Source: an uncultured delta proteobacterium
Lineage (GTDB): Bacteria; Desulfobacterota; RBG-13-43-22
Assembly (NCBI GenBank): GCA_963790475.1
Contig: CAWBOS010000012.1
Coordinates: 960,001 to 1,024,000, forward strand
Length of the DNA: 64,000 bases
Direction: 5' to 3'
Both the position numbers and the translations under genes were made by a program. Below are positions 42,009 to 52,678 of this stretch, piece by piece (within the stretch, counting starts at the first letter, position 1; each line of letters begins with the position of its first letter). A model generated the notes under the pieces. That model searched no databases. It saw nothing but the letters and a program-made list of their open reading frames with translations, and was not told where the DNA came from.

Positions 42009-43937
42009 ATGCCGGATATTGATATCGATGCGCCGGGAAAAACCCTGATGCTGATGGGCAATGAAGCCATTGCCCGTGGTGCCCTGGAGGCCGGGGTGGG
42101 ATTTATCGCTTCCTATCCCGGTACACCCGCATCGGAAATCCTACCCCGACTGGCGGAGGTTGCCAAACGCCGGAACCTGTACGCTGAATGGTCGATCAAT
42201 GAAATCGTCGCCCTGTGGAATGCCAACGCCGCGGCTACCGCGGGAATCCGCTCCATGGCCTCGATGAAACAGAACGGGACCAATGTGGCCATGGATGCTA
42301 TTGCCAATCTGATGGAAAGAGGTCTGCATGGGGGCGGCGGAATGATCCTGGTCAATGCCGATGACCCCGGTCGGAGAAACAGCCCTAATGAGCAGGATAC
42401 CCGGGGTATCGCCAAGATGCTGGATATCCCTCTGCTGGAACCGGGTGATTTCCAGGAGGCCAAAGACATGATCCCCTGGCTCTATGACTTGTCGGAAGAA
42501 TTGGATTGTATGGTCATGCTGCGCGAAGTGGCCAAAATCGGCCACACCAGGGGCAATGTCATCCTGGGTGAGCTTCCCGCCCGGGAACAGAAGGCCCGCT
42601 TCGATCTTGTCCCCAAGATTCCCATCTTTGGACAAACCAATCTCCATGCCCGTCTGCATGAGAAACTGAAAAAGGCTATGGAACGGTTTGAAACCTCACC
42701 CTTCAACCGCTATATGGGTCCTGACGCCCCGGATTTGCTGGTCATCAGTTGCGGGGCCTCTTTTCTCTACACCATGGAAGCGGTCCGAATACTCGGATTG
42801 CAGAATCGGGTCGGGGTTTTAAAACTCGGTACCCTCTGGCCCCTGCCCGAAAAATTGGTTGAGGATTACCTCCGAAAAACGCGGCAGGTATTGTTTGTCG
42901 AGGAAGTACACCCCTTCGTCGAACAGAGCGTCATGGAATTCACGGCCAGTCTGGGACCGGCCGGTCCAAGACCGTATTTTTACGGCAAGCGATCCGGACA
43001 TATTCCTTTCTACGGAGAGTTAACCCCGGATGATGCCCTGAAGGCCATTGCCGGAATTATGGGGATCCAATACCAGGCCCGGGACCCGGAGTATGCCCAA
43101 AAAGTTCAGGCCGCTTCCCGGGAAGAAGTAATCATGCGTCTCGGTTCATTATGTGCCGGCTGCCCCCACCGGGCCAGTTACTGGGCCATTCATCGGGCGC
43201 TCACTCTCGATGGGCGGGGCGGGTTTGCTACCGGCGATGCCGGCTGCATGAGTGCCGGCTTCGGTCCCGGCGGATACTTTGTGGCCAAAATCGGCAACTG
43301 TATGGGTGGGGGGGCCGGACTGGCCGATGGTTACGGCAAGCTTAAGCAATTCGGGTTCACCCAGCCGGTGATCGGCGGTGAGGGGGACTCCACCTTTTTT
43401 CATGCCAGCATTCCGGCCCTGCTCAATGCCGTCTGGAACCGGTCGGACTTCACTCTGGTTGTTTATGACAACAGCACGACGGCCATGACCGGCTTTCAAC
43501 CCCATCCGGGTGTCGGAAGGACCGCCATGGGAGACCAGGGGATAACCGTTCCCATCGAAGACGTCTGCCGCGCCTTCAAGGTACGGGTGGAAATTTGCGA
43601 TCCTTTCGAACTGGAAAAGACCACCCAGGTGCTGCTCGATGTCCTGCGGGACGAAGGTCACGGCCCCAGGGTCGTCATCATGCGCCATGAGTGCGAACTG
43701 CAAAGAGGCAGACGGGAAAAGAGGCCCTATGAGGTGGCGGTGAATCCTGATAAGTGCCTGGGCGAGAGCTGCGGCTGTAACCGTTTATGTGTCCGGGTAT
43801 TCCGCTGTCCGGGACTCCGTTGGGAAGAACAGACCGGCAAATCGGAAATCGATGAGGTGATCTGCAGCGGTTGTGGACTGTGTACCGACATCTGTCCGCA
43901 AGGGGCGATTGAGAAAAAAGCGATAGGGGGGAGGTAA
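42009..43937 (+). CDS. iorA: Indolepyruvate:ferredoxin oxidoreductase alpha subunit
   Basis: MGNEAIARGALEAG, YPGTPASEI, LCAGCPHR, GDSTFFH, C-terminal ferredoxin. Confidence 0.92.
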   Translation: MPDIDIDAPGKTLMLMGNEAIARGALEAGVGFIASYPGTPASEILPRLAEVAKRRNLYAEWSINEIVALWNANAAATAGIRSMASMKQNGTNVAMDAIANLMERGLHGGGGMILVNADDPGRRNSPNEQDTRGIAKMLDIPLLEPGDFQEAKDMIPWLYDLSEELDCMVMLREVAKIGHTRGNVILGELPAREQKARFDLVPKIPIFGQTNLHARLHEKLKKAMERFETSPFNRYMGPDAPDLLVISCGASFLYTMEAVRILGLQNRVGVLKLGTLWPLPEKLVEDYLRKTRQVLFVEEVHPFVEQSVMEFTASLGPAGPRPYFYGKRSGHIPFYGELTPDDALKAIAGIMGIQYQARDPEYAQKVQAASREEVIMRLGSLCAGCPHRASYWAIHRALTLDGRGGFATGDAGCMSAGFGPGGYFVAKIGNCMGGGAGLADGYGKLKQFGFTQPVIGGEGDSTFFHASIPALLNAVWNRSDFTLVVYDNSTTAMTGFQPHPGVGRTAMGDQGITVPIEDVCRAFKVRVEICDPFELEKTTQVLLDVLRDEGHGPRVVIMRHECELQRGRREKRPYEVAVNPDKCLGESCGCNRLCVRVFRCPGLRWEEQTGKSEIDEVICSGCGLCTDICPQGAIEKKAIGGR

Positions 43938-43943
43938 GATCAG

Positions 43944-44561
43944 ATGAAAGATTTGATAAAAGACCCGCTCAGTCTCATTGTTATCGGTGTTGCCGGACAG
44001 GGCAACGTGGTCACCTCTCAACTTATCTGCGACGCCTTGATGAACGAGGGCTTTCGGGTGACCTTCGGACAGACCTATCCGGCCCAGCAGCGGGGGGGAC
44101 CGGTGATCAACTATATCAGAGTATCCAAAGATATCCAGGCCAGCCCGATCATCCCCCAAGGGCGGGCGGATGTCATCGTGGCCATGGAACCGGTGGAAGC
44201 CATGCGGATGCTGAACCAATACGGCAATCCGGATGTGGTTACCATAGTCAACCCCAGACCGATACAGGCCATCGACATCACCGGTCTGGGTGCGAAATAC
44301 CCCTCGGTGGAAAAACTCATGAAAGACATAACCGCCCTGTCCGCCAAAACATGGGTTGTCCCGGCCACGGAAGAAGCCAAGAAATTGGGCAACCCCATTA
44401 TGGCCAATGTCATACTGGTCGGGGCCCTCGTTGGTTCCGGTCTGCTTCCGCTGGACCGAAAGTCTATGGAACCGTTGCTTCGGAAACGTTTTCCTAAAGC
44501 CCTGGATATTAATATGAAGGCCTTCGATAAAGGCATTGAGCTCATGAAACAATACGGGTGA
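43944..44561 (+). CDS. iorB: Indolepyruvate:ferredoxin oxidoreductase beta subunit
   Basis: GVAGQG, QRGGPV, ANVILVGAL, NMKAFDKG. Confidence 0.9.
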   Translation: MKDLIKDPLSLIVIGVAGQGNVVTSQLICDALMNEGFRVTFGQTYPAQQRGGPVINYIRVSKDIQASPIIPQGRADVIVAMEPVEAMRMLNQYGNPDVVTIVNPRPIQAIDITGLGAKYPSVEKLMKDITALSAKTWVVPATEEAKKLGNPIMANVILVGALVGSGLLPLDRKSMEPLLRKRFPKALDINMKAFDKGIELMKQYG

Positions 44562-44615
44562 GCGGTTTCAAGGTTTATCGAAAATCGGCTGATACCGACA
44601 AAGGGGATTCTTAAG

Positions 44616-45512
44616 ATGGTTATGATACGGAAAGAGGGTAAAATCGACGGACATACCTATCTGATCGACGCGGTTCACCAGGGGGTGAGCCGGGGGCACG
44701 CCGTCTACCTGCTTAAAAGCAGTGATGGCGGGACCTGTTTGATCGACTCCGGCACCAAAGATTCGGCTAAGGTCATCCATGAAAAACTGAAAAACCTTGA
44801 TGCCTGGCCGGTGGAGAGGATCATTCTTACCCACTCCCACTGGGATCATACCCAGGGGATCGGTTTCCTTCGGGAAAAAGCCGCGGGAACCGGTAAAACT
44901 CCTGAGGTCTTCGCTTCGGAAAAAGCCGGGCCTTTTCTGGCAGATCAATCCTTTAATATTTGCTTCGGCACGGATCAGGCACCCTATGATAATGTTGACG
45001 GGGTTCTTCCCTTGAAAAACGGCCAATCCATCGAGGTGGGCCGTGATGTGAAGATACAAATCGTGGAAACTCCCGGGCACATGGTGGATCATATTTCAAT
45101 TTGGGAAGAAAATACCGGAAATCTTTTTGTGGGGGATGCCATCGGGATGAAGTGGGGGGATCATCTGGTCGTGCCCAATCCGAATTCCCGTTTCTGGAAC
45201 GAGAAAGACTTCCTTAATTCTATCGAAGTCATTAAATCCCTGGAGCCAAGAAGAATTTGTCTGGGCCATTTCGGATGCCTCACCGGTTCGGATGCACTAT
45301 CTTTTCTGGATGAAACCGTTTCTTTCTATGAGAAATGGATGGAGATATTTTACAAGAATTCAGGTCGGTTGGATGACATCCCCTTTCTGGTTGACCGAAT
45401 ATGGGAAGAAATCTATCACGGTAATCTTGAAGGGCTTAAAGCCCTTGTGCTGCCGGGGTTGATGCATGCTGTTGAATTGGCGGCCGGGGCCTATGCCGAA
45501 CAACACTCCTAA
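44616..45512 (+). CDS. MBL-fold metallo-hydrolase
   Basis: THSHWDH, TPGH, GDA, GHFG. Confidence 0.9.
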   Translation: MVMIRKEGKIDGHTYLIDAVHQGVSRGHAVYLLKSSDGGTCLIDSGTKDSAKVIHEKLKNLDAWPVERIILTHSHWDHTQGIGFLREKAAGTGKTPEVFASEKAGPFLADQSFNICFGTDQAPYDNVDGVLPLKNGQSIEVGRDVKIQIVETPGHMVDHISIWEENTGNLFVGDAIGMKWGDHLVVPNPNSRFWNEKDFLNSIEVIKSLEPRRICLGHFGCLTGSDALSFLDETVSFYEKWMEIFYKNSGRLDDIPFLVDRIWEEIYHGNLEGLKALVLPGLMHAVELAAGAYAEQHS

Positions 45513-45541
45513 AGGATTGGGTCCCTGGGAGAGGAGTTTTT

Positions 45542-46000
45542 ATGGAAAACACTTGGAAGCTGCATCATGTCGGAATACCCGTCCGGGATTTGGATAAGTC
45601 AATAAAAGATTACCAATCCTTAGGCACAACCACATTTCAACCGGAATTCGTGATCGACAGCAGCAAATTTGCCGAGTATCTGGTGTACGGTAAGACCCCT
45701 GATCCCGTGGTCAAGACCAGAGTGGCCATGGGACAGGTGGGTCCCCTGAGGGTAGAGCTGCTGCAACCTCTTCAAGGGGAAACGGTTCACAAAGAGCTCC
45801 TGGAGAAAACGGGTGAAGGCATCGGACATATTGCCTACACGGTGGATAACCTGGAAGAAGAAACCGCCAAGCTGGCGGAGAAAGGATTCCAGGTCATCCT
45901 CAGTATCATTCGGCCAGGTCAAACAAGACGCAGTGCGGTTTATATCGACACCCGCAGCAGCTTCAGTAACCTTCTAATCGAACTGATACAGGCCAGCTAG
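45542..46000 (+). CDS. VOC/glyoxalase family (methylmalonyl-CoA epimerase-like)
   Basis: HHVGIPVRD, VELLQP, GEGIGHIAY, IELIQ. Confidence 0.88.
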   Translation: MENTWKLHHVGIPVRDLDKSIKDYQSLGTTTFQPEFVIDSSKFAEYLVYGKTPDPVVKTRVAMGQVGPLRVELLQPLQGETVHKELLEKTGEGIGHIAYTVDNLEEETAKLAEKGFQVILSIIRPGQTRRSAVYIDTRSSFSNLLIELIQAS

Positions 46001-46184
46001 CAAAAAAGTTGACGACAGTCAGTGTGTCAAACTCATCAACCAAACAATCATCGAAAAGAAATTTCCTGGGCTTCGTTTTCAAATATTCTCAAAGTTTAAC
46101 GGTATCTCCCTCGAGGATTCCGCTCCTAAGAGGATTACTCCCTGGATTTGTCGGGAGGTTCCGATGAAAAAGGGAGGTTTATTG

Positions 46185-46250
46185 ATGAGACTACTCCAAG
46201 GGGAAAAGATAATTGAAGTGGGAGGGATTGGACCAAGGCCAGGAAGAGAG
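46185..46250 (+). pseudogene. N-terminal remnant of a CaiB/BaiF (AMACR-like) CoA transferase
   Basis: RBS gggagg followed by MRLLQGEKIIEVGGIGP, which resembles L.G..V.E.AGIGP; similarity is lost afterwards. Confidence 0.45.
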
Positions 46251-46339
46251 CCTAAGCAACCCAGAAAAAAAGAATCCGTTCACTTTTTCGAGAGCGGGTA
46301 TGTCAAATCAAATGATCAAGAAGAGCTAAGGAGGAGAAT

Positions 46340-47240
46340 ATGTCCTATTTTCAGAACGGAAATGCCCGGATATACTATGAGGATGTGGGAGAAGGGGATC
46401 CCATCATCGCCAACCACGGGTTGGCCGAAGACACCACCTACTGGAGTGAACCAGGGGTCACCGCCGCTCTGGCCGAGAAGTATCGCATAATCTCAATCGA
46501 CATGCGGGGCCACGGCCGGACCGTTGTCGAGGGTGAATCGAAGGGTTACGATGAAATCACTATGGGAAATGATTTCACCGCCCTGGCCGACCATCTCCAA
46601 CTTGGCAAGTTTCACCTTCTGAGCCATGCCACCGGTGGGATGGTCGCTGCCCGCTACGGTATCCGACACTCCGACAGACTTCTCAGCCTGATGCTCACCG
46701 ATACGGGATCGGAGACCCTGCCGAAGATGTTCGCCCCCGACGGCCACGAGATTACTGAGGAGGAACAGGAGCAGCTTCGAGAACTGGGCGAACAGACCAG
46801 GCAGGAGTGGGTCAGAAATCAACCGCCACCACCAAGCTACATGCAGCGAAAAGCCAATTGGCGCAGCAACCCGGGGGTCTTTACCTTCAAGATGTCCGAA
46901 CATCCTTACAGCGAAAAGATGTACGCGATTATGGATGACTGGGGCCAGCGTCGTAATCCATGGGGCCCTTATGGAATTTATGCAGAGCTTTTACACCGAT
47001 CCTGATCCCATGGTGGAAGGATTACGGCAAGTCAAATGCCCGACGCTGCTGCTGATCGGTGAATTTGACCTTGTCTTCCTCAAACCGACCGAGCTGATGG
47101 CCAAGGAGATACCGGACAACCGGCATGTGGTTATGCGGGGGTGCGGGCACATGACCGCCCTGGAGGCGCCAAAGTGGACGGCCCATGAACTAATCGATTT
47201 TCTTGAATGTGTGGTAAAAAAGGGACGAGCCAACTGGTAG
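46340..47240 (+). pseudogene. Alpha/beta hydrolase paralogue of 6296-7192 with a +1 frameshift in a G run
   Basis: Co-linear with the paralogue if one G at 46962-46965 is removed (...NPW/ALMEFMQSFYTDPDPM). Confidence 0.85.
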
Positions 47241-47338
47241 ACAAACAGGACCCGTCAATAGGTTTGGGGTTCAGGGTTTAGTAGCGTTGACATCACATCC
47301 GAAGAATCATATTATCACCTCGCATAAAAAGGAGACGA

Positions 47339-47863
47339 ATGATGAGCATAAAAATACCCCTACCCAAAATTGAAGACTTGCCGGAAGAGATCCGGGAGAT
47401 GGTATCCTCCTCACCCCTGAATGTAGTCAAAATGATGGCCAACGCCCCCGCCAGTTTTCTGGGTTTCCAGAAGTTTGCCGGAGGTGTGCTTTTTAAAAAT
47501 CAATTTGACCCTCGCAAACGGGAAATCGCTATTTGCCGAATCGGTCATGTCACCAAAGCCGATTATGAATGGACACATCATGTTAGGGTAGCCAAGGGTT
47601 TGGGGGTCACCGATGAAGAGATAATGATAATCGGTTCAGAAAATCCCGTGACTTCACTGGATGAAGAAAGTAATCTTCTCTGCCGCGTTGCCGATGAAAT
47701 CAGTCTGAATGTCCGTTTAAGCGATGAGGCCCTAACCCGGATACTGGAGCGATATGGGGTTCGGGGTTCCACCGAACTTATCCTCTGTTGCAGCTACTTT
47801 AATATGATCAGCCGGTTTTTAGAATCGACAAGGATTGAGCTTGAAACGACGGCGGGTTCATAA
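47339..47863 (+). CDS. Carboxymuconolactone decarboxylase/AhpD-like protein
   Basis: REIAICRIG, YEWTHH, YFNMISRFL. Confidence 0.85.
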   Translation: MMSIKIPLPKIEDLPEEIREMVSSSPLNVVKMMANAPASFLGFQKFAGGVLFKNQFDPRKREIAICRIGHVTKADYEWTHHVRVAKGLGVTDEEIMIIGSENPVTSLDEESNLLCRVADEISLNVRLSDEALTRILERYGVRGSTELILCCSYFNMISRFLESTRIELETTAGS

Positions 47864-47869
47864 GAAGGG

Positions 47870-48050
47870 ACATGGTCGCCTCGGTCCTTATCAAGGTCTT
47901 GAAAACGGGAAAGTTTTAAAAGGGAATCCCGGGATATCAGAAGAAGATGGTGTCGATCTGGGCCTATTTGGCCCATCTGATTACTCGATAAGCATCGGCA
48001 AACCGGTGCAGGCCGGAAGCCAAGAGGTCCAAAAGGCCCACTGTTTGGAG
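47870..48050 (+). pseudogene. Fragment of an HpcH/HpaI aldolase
   Basis: [20 protein letters not shown]...EVQKAH matches the GPxD motif region; no full-length ORF. Confidence 0.6.
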
Positions 48051-48058
48051 GAAAAGAT

Positions 48059-49066
48059 ATGGACAAGCCAAAAATATATGTCACCCGGCGGATCGCTCAG
48101 ACAGCGCTGGACATGATCGCGGGTGAAACGGAGATGGAGGTTTGGGCCGGCGAACTACCGCCACCCTACCAAACCCTGCAGGAGAAAGCCGGGTCTGCCG
48201 ATGGTCTCCTGACGTTGCTTACCGATCGGATCGACACCGCCCTGCTGGATAAGGCCCCACACTTGAAAGTGATCAGTAACCTGGCTGTGGGATACGACAA
48301 CATCAATGTTACCGAGGCCACCGCTCGGGGAATCCTCGTGGGCAATACCCCTGACGTTCTAACCGAAACCACGGCCGATATGGCCTTTGCCCTGCTCATG
48401 GCTTCAGCCCGTAGGTTGGTCGAGGGCCACGAATACACCAGGAAAGGTCTTTGGAAAACCTGGGGTCCCATGGTCCTCCTGGGGCAGGACGTTTACGGGG
48501 CTACACTGGGCATAATCGGGTTGGGCCGTATCGGGGTTGAGATGGCCAGGAGGGCCCGGGGGTTTGACATGCGAATTCTGTATCACGGACCAAACCGGAA
48601 AAACGAAACGTTGGAAAAGGAATTAGAGGTTGAGTATGTAGCCGAACTGAAGGACCTATTGGCATCCTCCGATTTTATCAGCGTTCACGTCCCGCTGACG
48701 CCCTCTACGGAGAGACTCATCGGCCGGGCTGAATTTCAGCTCATGAAAAGAACCGCCGTGTTCATCAACACGGCGCGAGGAGGCATCGTGGACCAGCAGG
48801 CCCTTTATGAAGCCCTCAGGTCCGGACAGATCTTTGCCGCCGGACTGGATGTAACTGCTGTTGAACCTGTTCCCCGGGATGATCTCCTGCTTACGCTCAA
48901 CAACGTCATTATCACCCCGCATATCGGCAGCGCCAGCGTCAAGACTCGGGAAAAGATGGCTATGATGGCCGCCGAAAACCTGCTGGCAGGCATCAAGGGA
49001 AAACTTCCGCCGAATTGTGTTAATCCGGAGGCACTTCGGATTTCCCCCCATGTTCGCCCCACTTAA
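48059..49066 (+). CDS. D-glycerate dehydrogenase / glyoxylate reductase (D-2-hydroxyacid dehydrogenase)
   Basis: [32 protein letters not shown]. Confidence 0.93.
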   Translation: MDKPKIYVTRRIAQTALDMIAGETEMEVWAGELPPPYQTLQEKAGSADGLLTLLTDRIDTALLDKAPHLKVISNLAVGYDNINVTEATARGILVGNTPDVLTETTADMAFALLMASARRLVEGHEYTRKGLWKTWGPMVLLGQDVYGATLGIIGLGRIGVEMARRARGFDMRILYHGPNRKNETLEKELEVEYVAELKDLLASSDFISVHVPLTPSTERLIGRAEFQLMKRTAVFINTARGGIVDQQALYEALRSGQIFAAGLDVTAVEPVPRDDLLLTLNNVIITPHIGSASVKTREKMAMMAAENLLAGIKGKLPPNCVNPEALRISPHVRPT

Positions 49067-49078
49067 ACTCTCGACTTA

Positions 49079-49870
49079 CTATGAGCCGGCGGTTCCCTTC
49101 TCCTTATTCTGAGCGGCACGGGCCGCGGCCAGGTCGGTGTAGACCGCCCGCATCATGAAACCGGCATCCGAATTCAGGGTCACGAAGTTGAAACCGGCTT
49201 GAAGCCGGCGCTGGGTATAGGCCAGACCGTTGGTGTGGATACCAACGGGCAGACCATGCTTTTTACAGGTCGATAGGATCCTGTCGACCGCCGCCAGGTG
49301 CAGCGGGTCATCGGTATCGCCGCGGGCCGGCAAACCCAGGGCCAGGGCGAGATCCGACGGGCCGACATAGATAGCGTCCAGCCCGGGCGTGGTCACAATA
49401 GACTCGAGGTTTTCGATTCCTTCCTTGGTTTCAATCATGGCGATGCAGGCGATCTGGCCATTGGCTTCCGTTGCATAGCCACGACCGCCATAGAGCGCGG
49501 CGCGCAGGGGGCCGAAGGATCGGGTGCCAACCGGCGGATAGCGGCAGGCCGAGATCGCGGCCAGGGCATCTTCGCGGTTGTTGACCAGCGGCACGATTAC
49601 CCCCAGGGCGCCAGCGTCCAGCACTTTCATGATCTCCTTAGGGTCGTTGCCGGATACACGCACAATCGGCGTTACCGCGGTGGTAGAGATGGCCGGAAGC
49701 ATGTGCAGCAGGTCCCGGTAGTCCAACAGCCCGTGCTGCAGGTCTATGCAGAGCCAGTCGAAACCGGCGTTGGCCATCATTTCGGCGATGTGCGTGTTGG
49801 CCAAAGACAACCAACCGCCAATTGTCTGCTCACCGGCGCGCCATTTGGCAAGTGCTGTGTTCTTTCTCAT
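49079..49870 (-). CDS. HpcH/HpaI class II aldolase
   Basis: IDLQHG, LDAGALG, RYPPVGTRS, MIET, VGPSDL; visibly GC-richer than its neighbours. Confidence 0.92.
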   Translation of the reverse strand: MRKNTALAKWRAGEQTIGGWLSLANTHIAEMMANAGFDWLCIDLQHGLLDYRDLLHMLPAISTTAVTPIVRVSGNDPKEIMKVLDAGALGVIVPLVNNREDALAAISACRYPPVGTRSFGPLRAALYGGRGYATEANGQIACIAMIETKEGIENLESIVTTPGLDAIYVGPSDLALALGLPARGDTDDPLHLAAVDRILSTCKKHGLPVGIHTNGLAYTQRRLQAGFNFVTLNSDAGFMMRAVYTDLAAARAAQNKEKGTAGS

Positions 49871-49882
49871 GAATTCCTCTGT

Positions 49883-50023
49883 GAGACCTTCTAAAAATAC
49901 CCCTTTTGCCCAATCTCTGTGTCAGACTCAAATTTCAATCCTCGAAATATTCCACATATTCCTGCGGTTGAAATTTTCGCCTTCCTTGACCTTGAGCAAA
50001 ATTGAACATTTTTGAAAGGTCTT
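49883..50023. mobile_element. ~140-bp MITE
   Basis: TIRs gagaccttctaaaaat / atttttgaaaggtctt; CTCTGT repeated on both flanks. Confidence 0.7.
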
Positions 50024-50454
50024 TCTCTGTTGGGTTCTTTCGTTACCTTGTCTGAAATTCCGGAGCCGTTACTTCCTTATTATCAATACAATATACTATA
50101 GGGAAACAGCGATAGACCGTCAAGGAAGAACTCTTTTTTTATCTTCTTTCCGGGATTGTACAAACATTGGTCCTCAATGCCTGACCCCAGGCCGCTGGAA
50201 ATCTGGAGGTCTTGACGGGATTATTTGAGCAACCTGAGAGTTTTTACTAAGGGGAACGGGGTGGTTTGAAGAAGTACTTCCTCCTACTGTTAAATTCCAT
50301 TTTTGAAAAAATACAATATACCAAGTACAAATCGTTGACGAACCTTCCTATTTACTGGTCCTACTCCAAAGAAAAATCCCCTTATTTACTATTCCTAAAA
50401 ATCGTGTATGATGGAATCCATTTAAAACCCGGAACAATAAGATAACCCATCTTC

Positions 50455-50544
50455 CAGCAACGTCACTTAACCCTAAAGGGGGGCAAGAATATGGAGGAAT
50501 TTAGGAGACCCCGTTTCTCAACTGAGAGATGGGGTTTTTTATTT
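50455..50544 (+). ncRNA. Repeated leader/sRNA module, copy A, with intrinsic terminator
   Basis: agcaacgtcacttaaccctaaagggggg...atggaggaa...gaccccgtttctcaactgagagatggggtttttt. Confidence 0.6.
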
Positions 50545-50697
50545 TGCAATTAACCTATAATACGAGTTCTCTAAAAGGTCGGGGCCAACAATGTTTGGTT
50601 GAATTAACGAACCTCAACCTGTAGTATCGGGAGAAACCGACCTGTTAAAAGATATGGAGTGAAAAAGAGAAGAGTTCTTAATCTGAAGGGATAAAAG

Positions 50698-51501
50698 ATG
50701 GATTTTGAATTTATACTTTTCGAAAAAAAGGATGGGATTGCCGCGGTAACATTGAACCGGCCTGATAAATTAAACGCCCTGACACCCCAAATGAGGGTGG
50801 AAATGCGAAAGGTGTTTGAAGAGGCGGCTGAGGATGACGGCGTTAGAGTATTGATTCTTACCGGAGCAGGACGGGGTTTTTGCGCCGGTGCGGATATCGT
50901 TACCGTTGCCGAACGCGCCGAACTGGCCGATGACGAGTCTATGAGGGCCTTACGCCTGCAACCGGTCGCTACAAACCGGCTGGCAACGTTGCTTCGAAAC
51001 CTTAGCAAACCGACGATCTGCGCGCTCAATGGGATTATTGCCGGCGGCCCTATTGCGCTTGCCTTGAGCTGCGATATAATCATCGCCTCGGACCAGGCCA
51101 GGTTCCGTATGGCCCTGACGCGCGTGGGCCTTTCATTGGAAAATGGCATCTCCTATATGCTTTCCAGGCGAATAGGGTCCCATTTAACCCTGGAACTCGC
51201 CTATACCAATGATATCATCGATGCTCAGGAGATGGAGCGGATCGGTCTGGTCAACAGGGTTGTCCCACATGACAAACTGATGCAAACGGCCAGGGATATG
51301 GCCCAAAAAATGTTTGATATTCCCCCGCTTGGTCTGGCCATGGCTAAGAAATGTGTCTATAAATCCCTTGAGGCTCCTGACCTGGAGACGCAAATTGCTT
51401 TTGAAATGCTCCTGGGCAAGACCTTGAGTCAGACCGAAGACCGTAAGGAAGCGGTTCAATCCTTTATGGAGAAACGAAAACCGGTTTATCAAGGGAGATA
51501 G
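50698..51501 (+). CDS. Crotonase family (PaaG/isomerase-like)
   Basis: LNRPDKLNAL, FCAGAD; canonical Glu absent, LENG at the PDxG position. Confidence 0.88.
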   Translation: MDFEFILFEKKDGIAAVTLNRPDKLNALTPQMRVEMRKVFEEAAEDDGVRVLILTGAGRGFCAGADIVTVAERAELADDESMRALRLQPVATNRLATLLRNLSKPTICALNGIIAGGPIALALSCDIIIASDQARFRMALTRVGLSLENGISYMLSRRIGSHLTLELAYTNDIIDAQEMERIGLVNRVVPHDKLMQTARDMAQKMFDIPPLGLAMAKKCVYKSLEAPDLETQIAFEMLLGKTLSQTEDRKEAVQSFMEKRKPVYQGR

Positions 51502-51566
51502 AAGCCCTTAGAATCAAAAATTTTTAAAAACTTAACAGATACCTTTTAACCAGGAGGAGGGGAAGT

Positions 51567-52418
51567 ATGTGCGAGTATTGTGAGAAATTTGGGAGCGATG
51601 ATATCTGGTACCTGAATCGGAAAGGATATGCCAGGCAGTTGTATCGCCGGAAATTACCCGGGGAGAAATTCGTCCCCGAGGCCATATCCTACCGCCAGGA
51701 AAGGAGCCGTCTCCGGGATCTATGGGCCGATGCCCGCCTGAAAAAAGATCAGGAAAAAACAAAGAAGCTCTCCCAGGATTTGGACCGGCTCTATCAGGAA
51801 AACGAACCCTGTCAGGTCCTGCCCTTGAAAGACTGTTACAAAATCCTGGAGTATTCAAATCCGATTGCCTCCATGTCCTGCATCTGCCGCAAACAAACCC
51901 GGGCTACGGATGAGCGTCACCCGGACGAATATTCCTGCCTGGGTCTGGGGACGGGAATGCTGAAGTGGGAAAGGTGGCCGGAAAGATACCGGGGCGGCGT
52001 TCAATTCTTATCCACCCAGCAGGCCAAGGAGTGGTTTGACAAGTGGGACAAGGCCGGCATGGTGCATATGATTATGGTCTACGGTACGGAAAACGAAGGC
52101 CTCCCTTTTGTCGGAGGATTGTGCAACTGTGACTATCCCGACTGTATACCTCTCAGGATACGGCATGACTATGATATCAAGCATGTGCTTCTAAAGGCCC
52201 ATTACGTGGCCGTTCCGGATTACGACCTTTGCACGGGCTGCGGGACCTGCGTCGAAAGATGCCAGTTCGGGGCGATTAAGATGGAGGTCACCACCGGCAA
52301 GACGAACATTGATATGTTTAAGTGTTTCGGCTGCGGTGTCTGCGAAACGGGATGCCCGACTGAAGCCATAACTTTGGAACGCCGGGAGAAATTCCCCGCC
52401 TTAAGGGAGGAATGGTAA
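51567..52418 (+). CDS. Cys-rich protein with C-terminal 2x[4Fe-4S] domain
   Basis: MCEYC, CICR, LCNCDYPDC, CTGCGTCVERC, CFGCGVCETGCP. Confidence 0.85.
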   Translation: MCEYCEKFGSDDIWYLNRKGYARQLYRRKLPGEKFVPEAISYRQERSRLRDLWADARLKKDQEKTKKLSQDLDRLYQENEPCQVLPLKDCYKILEYSNPIASMSCICRKQTRATDERHPDEYSCLGLGTGMLKWERWPERYRGGVQFLSTQQAKEWFDKWDKAGMVHMIMVYGTENEGLPFVGGLCNCDYPDCIPLRIRHDYDIKHVLLKAHYVAVPDYDLCTGCGTCVERCQFGAIKMEVTTGKTNIDMFKCFGCGVCETGCPTEAITLERREKFPALREEW

Positions 52419-52419
52419 A

Positions 52420-52668
52420 ATGGCCTATCAACATATTGCGATTGATTATGACAAGTGCACGACCCCTTATGCCTGTAAGAGATGTCTTCAAGTTTGTCCA
52501 CAGGCGGTATTTGCGGTCATGGCCGTAAAAACGAAAAAATTTCAGGAAACGGACGAAAATGAGCCGGGCGCTTTCAAACTCACAGTTCCTTTTGGTGACA
52601 AGTGCACGGTCTGCAACGATTGCGTCGAGGCCTGTCCGGTCAAAGCCCTCAGCGTTACCTACGAATAG
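52420..52668 (+). CDS. Ferredoxin (2x[4Fe-4S])
   Basis: CTTPYACKRCLQVCP and CTVCNDCVEACP. Confidence 0.88.
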   Translation: MAYQHIAIDYDKCTTPYACKRCLQVCPQAVFAVMAVKTKKFQETDENEPGAFKLTVPFGDKCTVCNDCVEACPVKALSVTYE

Positions 52669-52678
52669 GAGATCGATT

